From: Candidatus Saccharimonadia bacterium
GTDB lineage: Bacteria; Patescibacteriota; SICC01
DNA length: 64,000 nucleotides
Direction: 5' to 3'
NCBI GenBank assembly: GCA_025449535.1
Contig: JANWJF010000001.1
Coordinates: 421,136 to 485,135, forward strand
The position numbers were made by a program, and so were the translations under genes. The notes under the pieces are model-generated. The model was given only the letters and a program-made list of their open reading frames with translations. It searched no databases and was not told the DNA's origin. Below are positions 28,759 through 37,066 of the stretch, one piece after another (the stretch's first letter is position 1; each line of letters opens with the position of its first letter).

Positions 28759-29196
28759 TCAGTACACGTGCGGGGCTTCCGTTTTCATTTTCAGTACATA
28801 CGTGCCCGGGGCTTGCCCTACGTCTTTCAGCCAGCCCTCGATGAACGGACGCTGTTTCCGGATCGCGAACTGCTTGTCCTGTCCCGGCTTCACATAGACC
28901 GTCGCGTCGATCACGAGTTTGCCGTCCCGCCTACCCGAACCCAGGAGTTCCACTCGCCAGTACAGGGTCAGTTTCGGGACCCGGCTGACCACGGGGTTCT
29001 CCTCCTCGGCATCCTCGACGCTTTCCTTGTACACCTTGGTCGCCAGCGGCGACACGCTCGGAGTACCCGAAGGAGACATGGACGGGACGGGGCCAGGCCG
29101 GTTTCCGGAATCCCGTGGCGTCATCGCCACGCCGACCGCGATGGCTGTCGCGAGCGCTCCGCAGGCCAAGACCGTGATGATTACTTTCTTGCGCAT
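28759..29196 (-). CDS. hypothetical secreted/lipoprotein-like protein
   Basis: Signal peptide with VLAC motif. No known domain. Confidence 0.4.
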   Translation of the reverse strand: MRKKVIITVLACGALATAIAVGVAMTPRDSGNRPGPVPSMSPSGTPSVSPLATKVYKESVEDAEEENPVVSRVPKLTLYWRVELLGSGRRDGKLVIDATVYVKPGQDKQFAIRKQRPFIEGWLKDVGQAPGTYVLKMKTEAPHVY

Positions 29197-29197
29197 G

Positions 29198-29827
29198 TCA
29201 TTGCTTTGAAACCCCGATATGCACGTGGTCGTAGTGGTCCCCGCCCTCGTCGGTCCGGTAGATCAACTGGAACCGATAGCCGCCTTTGGTGCCGTTCACC
29301 AGGCCGCTTCCGTTCCACTGGATGCCGAAGCAGCTCGCGAGGTCTTCCGCCAGTTGGTCCATTTCCGGCGTGGGGCTGGTGCCGTTGGAAATGTCCGCCG
29401 CCCAAGCCACCTCCGGCGGTCCCTTGTGCTCGGAAGTGTTACCCGACGTGGTCTGCTGCGAGTGGGCGGCGTTCGCCGCTTCGACCGACTCGGGGGTTAC
29501 ATCCTCGAACGCGATTTCGTGCGCTATCGGCAGGGCGACGTCGTCGATGATGTCCTTGGGGGTGCCGGTAAGCTCGCCGCAACTGGCGGATCCTCCCGAT
29601 CCGACCTGCCCGGCGCTTCCCCCGGGTGACGCTCCGGATACCCCGACGATGATCACGCCGATGACCAAGACGAGCACGAGGACGACCAGCGCCACGACCG
29701 CGGCAATCCAGACCGCCGGGTTCGCCAGGAACATCGCCGCTCGGCCAGCTTTTGCCGCTTGTTCGACCTGCTTGACCGCTTTGGCGGCCTGGGCCGCCTG
29801 TCCGGTCCTGCTTTGGTCGTCAGCCAT
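29198..29827 (-). CDS. hypothetical membrane-anchored protein
   Basis: Single TM after a charged N-terminus. Gly/Ser-rich linker. Confidence 0.4.
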   Translation of the reverse strand: MADDQSRTGQAAQAAKAVKQVEQAAKAGRAAMFLANPAVWIAAVVALVVLVLVLVIGVIIVGVSGASPGGSAGQVGSGGSASCGELTGTPKDIIDDVALPIAHEIAFEDVTPESVEAANAAHSQQTTSGNTSEHKGPPEVAWAADISNGTSPTPEMDQLAEDLASCFGIQWNGSGLVNGTKGGYRFQLIYRTDEGGDHYDHVHIGVSKQ

Positions 29828-29829
29828 GG

Positions 29830-30351
29830 TTACTCCTTACCAAATTCAATGGCATTGATCTCGGTGGCGCTCCAACGTTCACCGAAGCGTCGCCAGGCGA
29901 TCTTCAGCTTCTGCTCGAATACCTTGCCGGTCTTCAGGTCCGTCGAGCGGAGCCGGACGACCGCCGTGGCCGTTCCTTCCGCCGAGCTTCCCGTCACCCG
30001 GGTGTCGAGCGCCTCGCTCCGCACGGGTTGCAGGAACGGCGCCCGGTCGGCGTACCGAAGCGTACTCCGGTAGTCCTCGAAGGCCTGCTTCGTCATGTAG
30101 GGACGGACGCTGTCCACGTACACTTGGTCGACGCGTTCGAAACTCCGGTATTTCACGGCGAACTCGGTGGAAAGTTCGGTGAGCAGTCGGCGGTCTTGCT
30201 CAACCAACGGGTCTGCGGTAGGTGACGGGGAAGCGGAAAGGACCGCTGGCGTCGGCTTCGCGCCGTCCGGGACGGACAGTACCAGCACGGTAATGCCAGC
30301 GACACAGACGGCCGCGGCTACGATCAGCAGGATCTTGAGTTTCTTGTTCAT
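29830..30351 (-). CDS. membrane-anchored protein, possible VirB8/PrgL-like T4SS component
   Basis: N-terminal TM plus about 140-aa extracytoplasmic domain. Position after the hydrolase mirrors prgK-prgL. Confidence 0.3.
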   Translation of the reverse strand: MNKKLKILLIVAAAVCVAGITVLVLSVPDGAKPTPAVLSASPSPTADPLVEQDRRLLTELSTEFAVKYRSFERVDQVYVDSVRPYMTKQAFEDYRSTLRYADRAPFLQPVRSEALDTRVTGSSAEGTATAVVRLRSTDLKTGKVFEQKLKIAWRRFGERWSATEINAIEFGKE

Positions 30352-30983
30352 GTGCCCCCTCCGACGTCTCCGGCGAACCGCTTAGCCTGGAGCGTGATCG
30401 CGTAGACGTACCAGTCAGCATGATTATACGAGTAGATGCCGTCACGCCAATTCTTAGGGGCCCCGCCGGATATGAGATGGTTGGCGGCGGCGCAGGCGCC
30501 GTTCTCGACTGAGTAGGCGGGCCAGCTCTTTGATCCCGGCTCGTTACAACCGACGACGAAGGCCTCCCAGCTGCTCTGCAGGAACTGCCACGGTCCGCCG
30601 GCGCCGGAGCTGTTGACCGTGCTGTACCCCGTATCGGCGAACCCCGACTCGATACTATGGATGCCGGCCAGGATGGAAGGCCCGCAGCCGCCCAGCTTCT
30701 TCTTTTCGGAAACGGTACTGTAAATGGGAATGAATTTCTGAGGGACCTTTTCGGTATGCCCGGACACGTACGCGGTGCCTTCCGCCTTGCCAGCCGCGGC
30801 GTCCGAGAGAATCTGGTCGAAATCACAGTCCCCGGAGAGTGACCCACCTCCGGCGGCCGGGGCAGTGCCGCCTGCCCCGCCCAGCGCCGCCGCCATGAAC
30901 AGGACCGGCACCATCAGTACCGCCGCGGCGACCACCGCGCTCCCCACGATCAGCAAGGGCATCCCGCTGGATGACTGCGCCAC
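30348..30983 (-). CDS. lytic transglycosylase-like protein (VirB1/PrgK-like)
   Basis: ILAGIHSIESGF...YSYNHADWYV paralogous to the N-domain of the 27645..28703 product. Likely GTG start 1 nt after the VirB4 stop, with a GGAAGGGA SD; the longest ORF extends to 31019. Confidence 0.55.
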   Translation of the reverse strand: MAQSSSGMPLLIVGSAVVAAAVLMVPVLFMAAALGGAGGTAPAAGGGSLSGDCDFDQILSDAAAGKAEGTAYVSGHTEKVPQKFIPIYSTVSEKKKLGGCGPSILAGIHSIESGFADTGYSTVNSSGAGGPWQFLQSSWEAFVVGCNEPGSKSWPAYSVENGACAAANHLISGGAPKNWRDGIYSYNHADWYVYAITLQAKRFAGDVGGGT

Positions 30984-30984
30984 G

Positions 30985-33021
30985 TTAGTTCCCTTCCGGC
31001 CGGAGGCCTGCGTTCTCAAGCTCCTCGAGCTGCTGCGGGTTGGTGGTGATGATCTGGTCCTCGGCGTAGCTCGCCAGGACCTTGATTGCCACGTGGTTCA
31101 GTCCGGCGAAGAACAAGCCCTCGCCGACCTCGCTCTCCAGGAGCAGCATCTTCTCGCCCTCGGTGAGGTTGAAGGTGTCGGCCACCAGGTCGATCGAGGC
31201 CGGGGACTGCCGGAGCAGCATCTGCATCGAGCTGTTGGTGACGATCGCCTTGCCGTAACTGGAGTTCAGGAAGTCCTCGACGTCCTGGGTGACGGTCGTC
31301 AGGCCGAGGTAGTACTTCCGGGCCCGCTTGGCCAGCGAGAACAGGAACTTGGCCGAGTCCTCGTGACCCATCATCTGCCAGGCCTCGTCGATCACCATCA
31401 GGCGTTTCTTGCGGTCCTTCCGGATCAGGTTCCAGATGTGATTGAGGATCATGTACATCGCGATCGGGCGGAGAGTGTCCTCCAGGTCGCGGATCGAGAA
31501 GGTCAGGAAGTGGTTGTCCAGCGAGACGTTCGACGGCTTGTTGAGCAATCCGGAGAACGAGCCAGTGACGTACTTCTGGAGCTTGGCCGCGACTCCCTCG
31601 GCGCCCTGCATGTTGTTGAGCACCTCGTGGAAGTCGGTCAGCGTCGGCGGCTGGTTCTTGTGGGTGGTCACGTCCGTGGTGATGTCACGCAGCGCGTACG
31701 TCTCCATCAGCGCGCGGTCGACCAGCGCGTCCTGCTCGGGGGCGAGCGAGCCGCACATCAGGGCCACCAAACCGTGCAGGTTGGTGATCGCGCTACGCAG
31801 GATCGCCTCGCCGTCCGTCTCGTCGCCGATGGCCGGCGGCAGGTCGAACGGGTTGATGTTGTGTTCCGAGCTCAGCGAGACGTTCACGTACCGGCCCCCG
31901 ACCGCGGCGGTCAGCGCCTGGTATTCATTCTCGGGGTCGATCACGATCGCCTCGGTGCCGAACATCAGCGAACGCAGCAGCTCCAGCTTCACGGCGTAGG
32001 ACTTGCCGCCGCCGGACTTGGCGAACATCACCATGTTGGCGTTCTCCAGCGTGAACCGGTCGAAGAGGATCAAGCCGTTGTTGTGCCGGTTGATGCCGTA
32101 GAGGATGCCGTCCGACTGGGTCAGCTCGGAGCTGGTGAACGGGAACGTGGTCGAGAGCGACTCGGTGTCCATGTTCCGGGTCACCCGGAGCTCGTCCGTA
32201 CCAGCGGGCAGCGAGCTGTTGAAGCCCTGCTCCATCTGGAGGTTGGCGTACTTGGTGAAGACGAGCTTCCCGTTCAGCGTCGACTCGAGCTGCTTGGTCA
32301 GCTTGTCCAGTTCGTCCTTCGACTTCGCGTACAACGTGAAGTAGAGGGCGTACTGGAAGAACTTCTCCTCACCGCGCTGCAGCCGGTCCCGCAGCTCCTC
32401 GGCGTCGCCGAGCGCGGTCTCCAGTTCCGGATCGCGGACCTTGCCCTTCTCGCGGTTGAGCTGCCAGGCGGATTCCATCTGGCCGACCTTCTTCCGGAGG
32501 TTCTGCATGACCTCCTTGGTCTCGACCGGGTAGATGAACATCGAGACGTCCATCGTCACGTCGTAGTTGATGATCGGGTTCAGCCAGTTCGTGTTGATGT
32601 AGCGCGGGTAGGTGAAGACGAACAGCGTCCGCACGAAGTAGTCCTCCAGCTTGAGGTAGTTGAAGGTAATCTCCATCGCGGCCGGCGCGATCAGGTCCTT
32701 GATCGTCGAGATGCCTTCCTCGTAGACGCGCTTGGCCTCCTCGAACTGCTTGGTCTGCACCTGCTGCTGGGAACGCTCCTCCGTGCCTTGCTTGTTCGAG
32801 CGCCAGGCGAAGAACTTCTCCAGGAACCCTTGCTTTGGCATGGCGACGGTCTGGGCTTGGGGCTGGACCTGTCCGATCGGCTGGGAGCCTTCGTACGAAC
32901 CTTCGCCGATCGTCGGGGCCTGGGGCGCGGCCGGCTGCGGTCCGGCCGGTGCCGGCGCGCCTTGCGGCGTCATCGGGTCCATCCCGCCCTGCGGTTGTCC
33001 TTGCGGATAGGCGTCAGGCAT
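30985..33021 (-). CDS. virB4: VirB4/TrbE/CagE-family T4SS ATPase (C-terminal ATPase part)
   Basis: Walker A KSGGGKSY, Walker B VIDEAWQ. P/Q-rich N-terminus. Confidence 0.85.
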   Translation of the reverse strand: MPDAYPQGQPQGGMDPMTPQGAPAPAGPQPAAPQAPTIGEGSYEGSQPIGQVQPQAQTVAMPKQGFLEKFFAWRSNKQGTEERSQQQVQTKQFEEAKRVYEEGISTIKDLIAPAAMEITFNYLKLEDYFVRTLFVFTYPRYINTNWLNPIINYDVTMDVSMFIYPVETKEVMQNLRKKVGQMESAWQLNREKGKVRDPELETALGDAEELRDRLQRGEEKFFQYALYFTLYAKSKDELDKLTKQLESTLNGKLVFTKYANLQMEQGFNSSLPAGTDELRVTRNMDTESLSTTFPFTSSELTQSDGILYGINRHNNGLILFDRFTLENANMVMFAKSGGGKSYAVKLELLRSLMFGTEAIVIDPENEYQALTAAVGGRYVNVSLSSEHNINPFDLPPAIGDETDGEAILRSAITNLHGLVALMCGSLAPEQDALVDRALMETYALRDITTDVTTHKNQPPTLTDFHEVLNNMQGAEGVAAKLQKYVTGSFSGLLNKPSNVSLDNHFLTFSIRDLEDTLRPIAMYMILNHIWNLIRKDRKKRLMVIDEAWQMMGHEDSAKFLFSLAKRARKYYLGLTTVTQDVEDFLNSSYGKAIVTNSSMQMLLRQSPASIDLVADTFNLTEGEKMLLLESEVGEGLFFAGLNHVAIKVLASYAEDQIITTNPQQLEELENAGLRPEGN

Positions 33022-33751
33022 CCTGTCCTCCCTGGGTTTCGGGCTCCTTGCCCGAGATGGTCGCCGCGGTCAGATCGTCGACGTTCACGAGCTTCTGCTT
33101 GGTGGCTGTCTGGGGGTTGTAGACGCTGTAGAAGAGCTCGACCAGTTCCTCCGAGTTGAGCTGGACCGCCCGGACCCCGATCGCGCCGAGCCCGGACGCG
33201 GCCCCTTCTGCGCGCTGCAGGAGCTGGCCGCGGAAGTTCTGGAAGTCCGCCTCGCGTTTGGCTGACTCGGCCTTGGGGTTCGGTTTGGTGGCGAACAACG
33301 ACTTGATGCCCTTCACCTGTTGCTCGACCCCAGGCGGGTAGAATGGCACCACCACATAGAACCGCTTGTCCATGATGTTGGTGACGGAGATCAGCCGCTT
33401 GATGAACTCGCCGTATTCGAGGGTCTGGAGCTTCACCAGTTCCAGTGTCTGGGATTCCGCGCGTTTGCTGAGCTTATCGAGGTAGTAATCCAGGTCCAGC
33501 CGTCGGGAGTGGATCAGGATCTGGATCGGGAAGTTCAGGGAGTTGAGGAACCGCTGGTAGGCGAAGATCATCGCGTCCTGTTCCTCTCCCGACTTCAGGG
33601 CGAAGTTCACGGCGCTGGTCATCAGCACGACCCGGAGCGAGCCGTCCTTGAGCACCACCACGCCGTCCTTGATCTCGGCGATATTCAGGTAGGCCTGCGT
33701 GGACGCAGCCTCCTGCTTCCTCTGCTGTTCCTGTTGTTTCTTGTCCGCCAT
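33014..33751 (-). CDS. VirB4 N-terminal domain protein (split VirB4)
   Basis: VLKDGSLRVVLMTSAVNFALKSGEEQDAMIFAYQRFLNSL resembles the VirB4 N-domain. ATG 1 nt after the prgI-like stop with an AGGGAG SD. 8-nt overlap with the ATPase ORF. Confidence 0.55.
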   Translation of the reverse strand: MADKKQQEQQRKQEAASTQAYLNIAEIKDGVVVLKDGSLRVVLMTSAVNFALKSGEEQDAMIFAYQRFLNSLNFPIQILIHSRRLDLDYYLDKLSKRAESQTLELVKLQTLEYGEFIKRLISVTNIMDKRFYVVVPFYPPGVEQQVKGIKSLFATKPNPKAESAKREADFQNFRGQLLQRAEGAASGLGAIGVRAVQLNSEELVELFYSVYNPQTATKQKLVNVDDLTAATISGKEPETQGGQDA

Positions 33752-33752
33752 G

Positions 33753-34382
33753 TCAGGCTCCCTGGGTCCGTTGCGGTTGCCGTTCGGATCCCTTGAGCAC
33801 CCGGTCAAGGTTGGCGCTGGCCCGGTCCGAACCGGTACCGGTGTCCTCCCGGGCGAGGATGTCCGCCGGCTCTTCCTCGTGGGCCATGAAGATGTTCAGG
33901 TGGGGTTTGGCCTGGGCGTCGCTGGTGACCCGCCCGGCCGTCTCCGGGTCGTCCTCATCGCTCCAGCCGCGGGCGTCGATCACGTGCGCCAGCTTGGCGA
34001 GCTTCGAACGGACCTCGTCGTCGCTGGGTTCGTCACGGACCACCTTCGGCGGCGCCTGGCGGTCTTCCAGCTTGATCTCGGCCAGCGTCGGCAGGCGCTT
34101 CCAGGCCCGCCGGGAAGGGCGGGTGGAGAAGCTCACGAACGAGGTGATGAACTTCAAGAACGGTTGGTCATACGGCTTTATGAACACGAACGCGGTCACG
34201 AACGTCCAGGTGAAGAAGGCGGTCACGAAGAAGGCCGCCTGGGAGACGGTGTAGACCGTGTTGAAGCTTACGAACGTGACCAAGCCGCCAGCCAGCAGGT
34301 AGAGGAACTGCTTGAGCGTGAACGGCCCGATGATCTTGTCCTCGAGCTCGACGTTCTGCGGGATCTTGTAGCTGGAAGCCAT
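33753..34382 (-). CDS. PrgI/VirB3-like T4SS membrane protein
   Basis: YKIPQNVELEDKIIGPFTLKQFLYL N-terminus and two TM helices, as in PrgI. Confidence 0.55.
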   Translation of the reverse strand: MASSYKIPQNVELEDKIIGPFTLKQFLYLLAGGLVTFVSFNTVYTVSQAAFFVTAFFTWTFVTAFVFIKPYDQPFLKFITSFVSFSTRPSRRAWKRLPTLAEIKLEDRQAPPKVVRDEPSDDEVRSKLAKLAHVIDARGWSDEDDPETAGRVTSDAQAKPHLNIFMAHEEEPADILAREDTGTGSDRASANLDRVLKGSERQPQRTQGA

Positions 34383-34429
34383 GTTCTGTGTGTATGATTC
34401 CCGCGGTTAGTACCCGCGAAAATTAACCA

Positions 34430-34458
34430 ATAGTAACACTTTTTTAGCCAAATGTCAA
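34430..34458 (-). promoter_or_regulatory. putative sigma70-type promoter for the prgI-virB4 sub-operon
   Basis: Minus strand: TTGACA (34458-34453), 17 nt, TACTAT (34435-34430). Shares TTGACATTTGGCT with the promoter at 41035-41063. Confidence 0.4.
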
Positions 34459-34461
34459 CGC

Positions 34462-36906
34462 CTAGAGGCCCAACTGGGTGCGCAGGTGGTCCAGCTCGCT
34501 GTCGACCTCGTCGTAGGCCTGCGGCCCGCCGGCAAGCGGCACGAAGCCCTCGCGTTTGCCTTCCTTCATGCCCTGCAGGATGCGCAGGCGTTGCAGGCCG
34601 CCCTGCTGGTCGAAGGTGGACGCGATGGCCAGGCGCTTCGACTCCACCGCCACGTTCCGGTGGTTGAGGTTCATGTTCTGGCCCAGCGCCGTGGCGTTGG
34701 CCTGGTCACGCAGGGCTTGCCGCCAGACCTGCTGCCCGGCTCCTCCGGCGTCTATCGCGTGCAGCGGCGCCCCGTTCCGGGCATACTCCATCGAGCTGGC
34801 CATGATCTTGCGCATGCCGTCGCCGTCGCGGTTCTTCACGGCGATGCCCAGCTCGGTCCGGTCGAAGTCGCCGGCCTGGAGCGTGCCGCCGCGGTAGCTC
34901 TTCTTGACGCTGGCCAGGAGCGGATCGAGGTCAGCCATGTTCTTGTGGTAACCGGTGCGGGCGTACTTGGGCAGCATCTCCCAGTCGAACCAGCCCTGTT
35001 GGGACAGGCCTTTCACGGCGGCCAACGACCCGGTCCGGCTCTCCGCGAACCCTTGCTCGAGCGAGCTCAGCCGCAACGGTTCGCCGTCGAGCTCGGTCTT
35101 GCCCATGTCGGCGGCCACGATCCGGCGCATGGCGCCTTCGTCGATGCCCTGGTTCTGCATGTCCTTGAGTTCCTTGTCGACCAGCCGCTCACGGAATGAC
35201 TGGGCCTGGGTGGAGTCGAATCCGGTCAGCGAGCGTCCGACCCCGGCCACGCCGGCGTCCTCCAGCGCCTCGTAGAGGTCCGTACCGGCGCCCGCGGCGC
35301 GCAGCTGGGCCCGTTCTTCCTGACCTTCGGTGCGCTGCTTCAGGAAGGCGCGTCCGGTCCGGGCAGCCTCACCGACGGTCATGCCGCGGCCCAGCGGGAC
35401 CAGGCCGACCGCGCCGAGCCCGCCCTTACCGGCGCCTTTGCCGAGACGCGAGCCTTGCCGGCCGGCGAGCTGGGCGATTCGTCCGCCCATGCCGATGGGC
35501 ACCATCACTGCAGCGATGACGATGCCGGCGAAGAAGATCGCCTGCAGGATCGCGGAGCCGCCCGGGTCCCCGGTATCGGAACCTTCCAGGGTGGACCGCA
35601 GCATCAGCGAACCCGCGAAGAGTAGCAACATCGCGATCGGGGCCATGTAGACCCACTGGATCCAGTTCTTGAGCAGGTTGCGCGACTCACCCCGGGTCAG
35701 CGGTAGCACCAGGAACAGGAAGACCACCGGCGAGAGGATCGCCAGGACCCAGATCACGATGATCCGGACGACCAGGAAGAAGAGCAGGATGATCAGCGCG
35801 ACCAGGATGATCAGCGAGGCGAGCAGCAGCACTACCGCCTCGCCGAACCCGTCGACGAGCCCGTCCGAGTAGCCCGACCCGACCCCGGCCGCCTGTTGGA
35901 TGAAGTCATGAGACCGCTCCAGGAACGGTTGGCTGAGCACGGCGGCGGTGTTCGCCATGATGCTCGCGAACAGGAAGCTGAAGTTCACGCCGATCACCGA
36001 GAACACCAGCAGTGGCAGCAACGAGCGGATGTTGTACTTCTGCGGCTCCAACCGGAGGATCGACATGAAGGCCATCGTCGAGAGGACCAGGATGAACAGG
36101 ACGTTCACCAGGTCGCGGACCACCATCCAGACGTCGGCCACGCCTTGGTTGTCCATCAGCGTCCCGGCGTCCAGGGCCCATTCCACCGCCGAGGTCACGC
36201 TGCCGATCAGGCTGGTGATGATCTCGGCCATCTTCTCCAGCGCTTGCGAGAACGGGTCGCTGGCCGCCCGGTCGATCAGGCTGCTCTGGTTGGTGCTCGT
36301 CTGCACGTGTTCGCCCTTCTCGGCCCACTGCAAACCCTTGTCGTTGAGCAACTTGTCCAAGAAGTCCTTCGCGAACTCGGAACTGTCGAAGCTGTTCAGC
36401 TGGGCCACCAGGTTGTCGGGGACGGCGGCGTCGCCCGGGTCGCCCCAGACCAGCGCCGCGATCTTGGCGCCGTCGGTATTGATCCGGTAGATGACCTTCA
36501 GCGGCGTCTGGATTGGCGTGTCGCCGCGGTACGGCGAGAACGTGAAGTCCCAGTTGTCGAGACCGGTGCCCCGGTCCTCGTGGTGGACCGCCGTCAGCCG
36601 GAACTCGACCGCGCCCGGCGTGCCGGCGGTGCAGGTGGAGACGGTCTGCTCGCAGACGAAGACTGAGACCTTGTCGGGGTCCGCCTTGGTAGGGTCCTTC
36701 GGCGGCGGCGAAGGCCGCCAAGCGAACTTAGGCGCGTCGTTCCCGTCGATCTTGAAAGCCTCCCGCACATCGTCGGGTCCCTGGAATCCGTTCACTTGTG
36801 CCGCGCTGACCGCCTCGGCCTGCGGTGCGATGGCGAAGGATGCCGTCATGGCCAGGACGGCCAGTCCGGATTTCAATAATGTGAGTAAACGGTTCCGTTC
36901 GATCAT
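34462..36906 (-). CDS. VirB6/PrgH-like polytopic T4SS membrane protein (paralog B)
   Basis: Signal/TM, large extracytoplasmic N-domain, 5-7 TM core, Gly-rich tail. Start at the internal ATG (MIERNRLL); the ORF extends to 37011. Confidence 0.5.
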   Translation of the reverse strand: MIERNRLLTLLKSGLAVLAMTASFAIAPQAEAVSAAQVNGFQGPDDVREAFKIDGNDAPKFAWRPSPPPKDPTKADPDKVSVFVCEQTVSTCTAGTPGAVEFRLTAVHHEDRGTGLDNWDFTFSPYRGDTPIQTPLKVIYRINTDGAKIAALVWGDPGDAAVPDNLVAQLNSFDSSEFAKDFLDKLLNDKGLQWAEKGEHVQTSTNQSSLIDRAASDPFSQALEKMAEIITSLIGSVTSAVEWALDAGTLMDNQGVADVWMVVRDLVNVLFILVLSTMAFMSILRLEPQKYNIRSLLPLLVFSVIGVNFSFLFASIMANTAAVLSQPFLERSHDFIQQAAGVGSGYSDGLVDGFGEAVVLLLASLIILVALIILLFFLVVRIIVIWVLAILSPVVFLFLVLPLTRGESRNLLKNWIQWVYMAPIAMLLLFAGSLMLRSTLEGSDTGDPGGSAILQAIFFAGIVIAAVMVPIGMGGRIAQLAGRQGSRLGKGAGKGGLGAVGLVPLGRGMTVGEAARTGRAFLKQRTEGQEERAQLRAAGAGTDLYEALEDAGVAGVGRSLTGFDSTQAQSFRERLVDKELKDMQNQGIDEGAMRRIVAADMGKTELDGEPLRLSSLEQGFAESRTGSLAAVKGLSQQGWFDWEMLPKYARTGYHKNMADLDPLLASVKKSYRGGTLQAGDFDRTELGIAVKNRDGDGMRKIMASSMEYARNGAPLHAIDAGGAGQQVWRQALRDQANATALGQNMNLNHRNVAVESKRLAIASTFDQQGGLQRLRILQGMKEGKREGFVPLAGGPQAYDEVDSELDHLRTQLGL

Positions 36907-37007
36907 TTTCGTGCAGTGCTCATTGGATTGATTACGCCTCTTCGGTGCGGTCACGCAGTTTGAAAAGGAACGCCCCCTGCGTCCTTTCCGCGTGCGCCCC
37001 CGAACAC

Positions 37008-37039
37008 CCAAAAAGCGCTCAATTATGACCTAATTGAGC
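37008..37039 (-). terminator. putative intrinsic terminator after the VirB6-like paralog A
   Basis: Perfect 9-bp stem GCTCAATTA/TAATTGAGC with a 5-nt loop. Followed on the minus strand by GCUUUUUGGG. Confidence 0.45.
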
Positions 37040-37066
37040 GGACAGGTCAAGTGGGGGGTCGATTTG

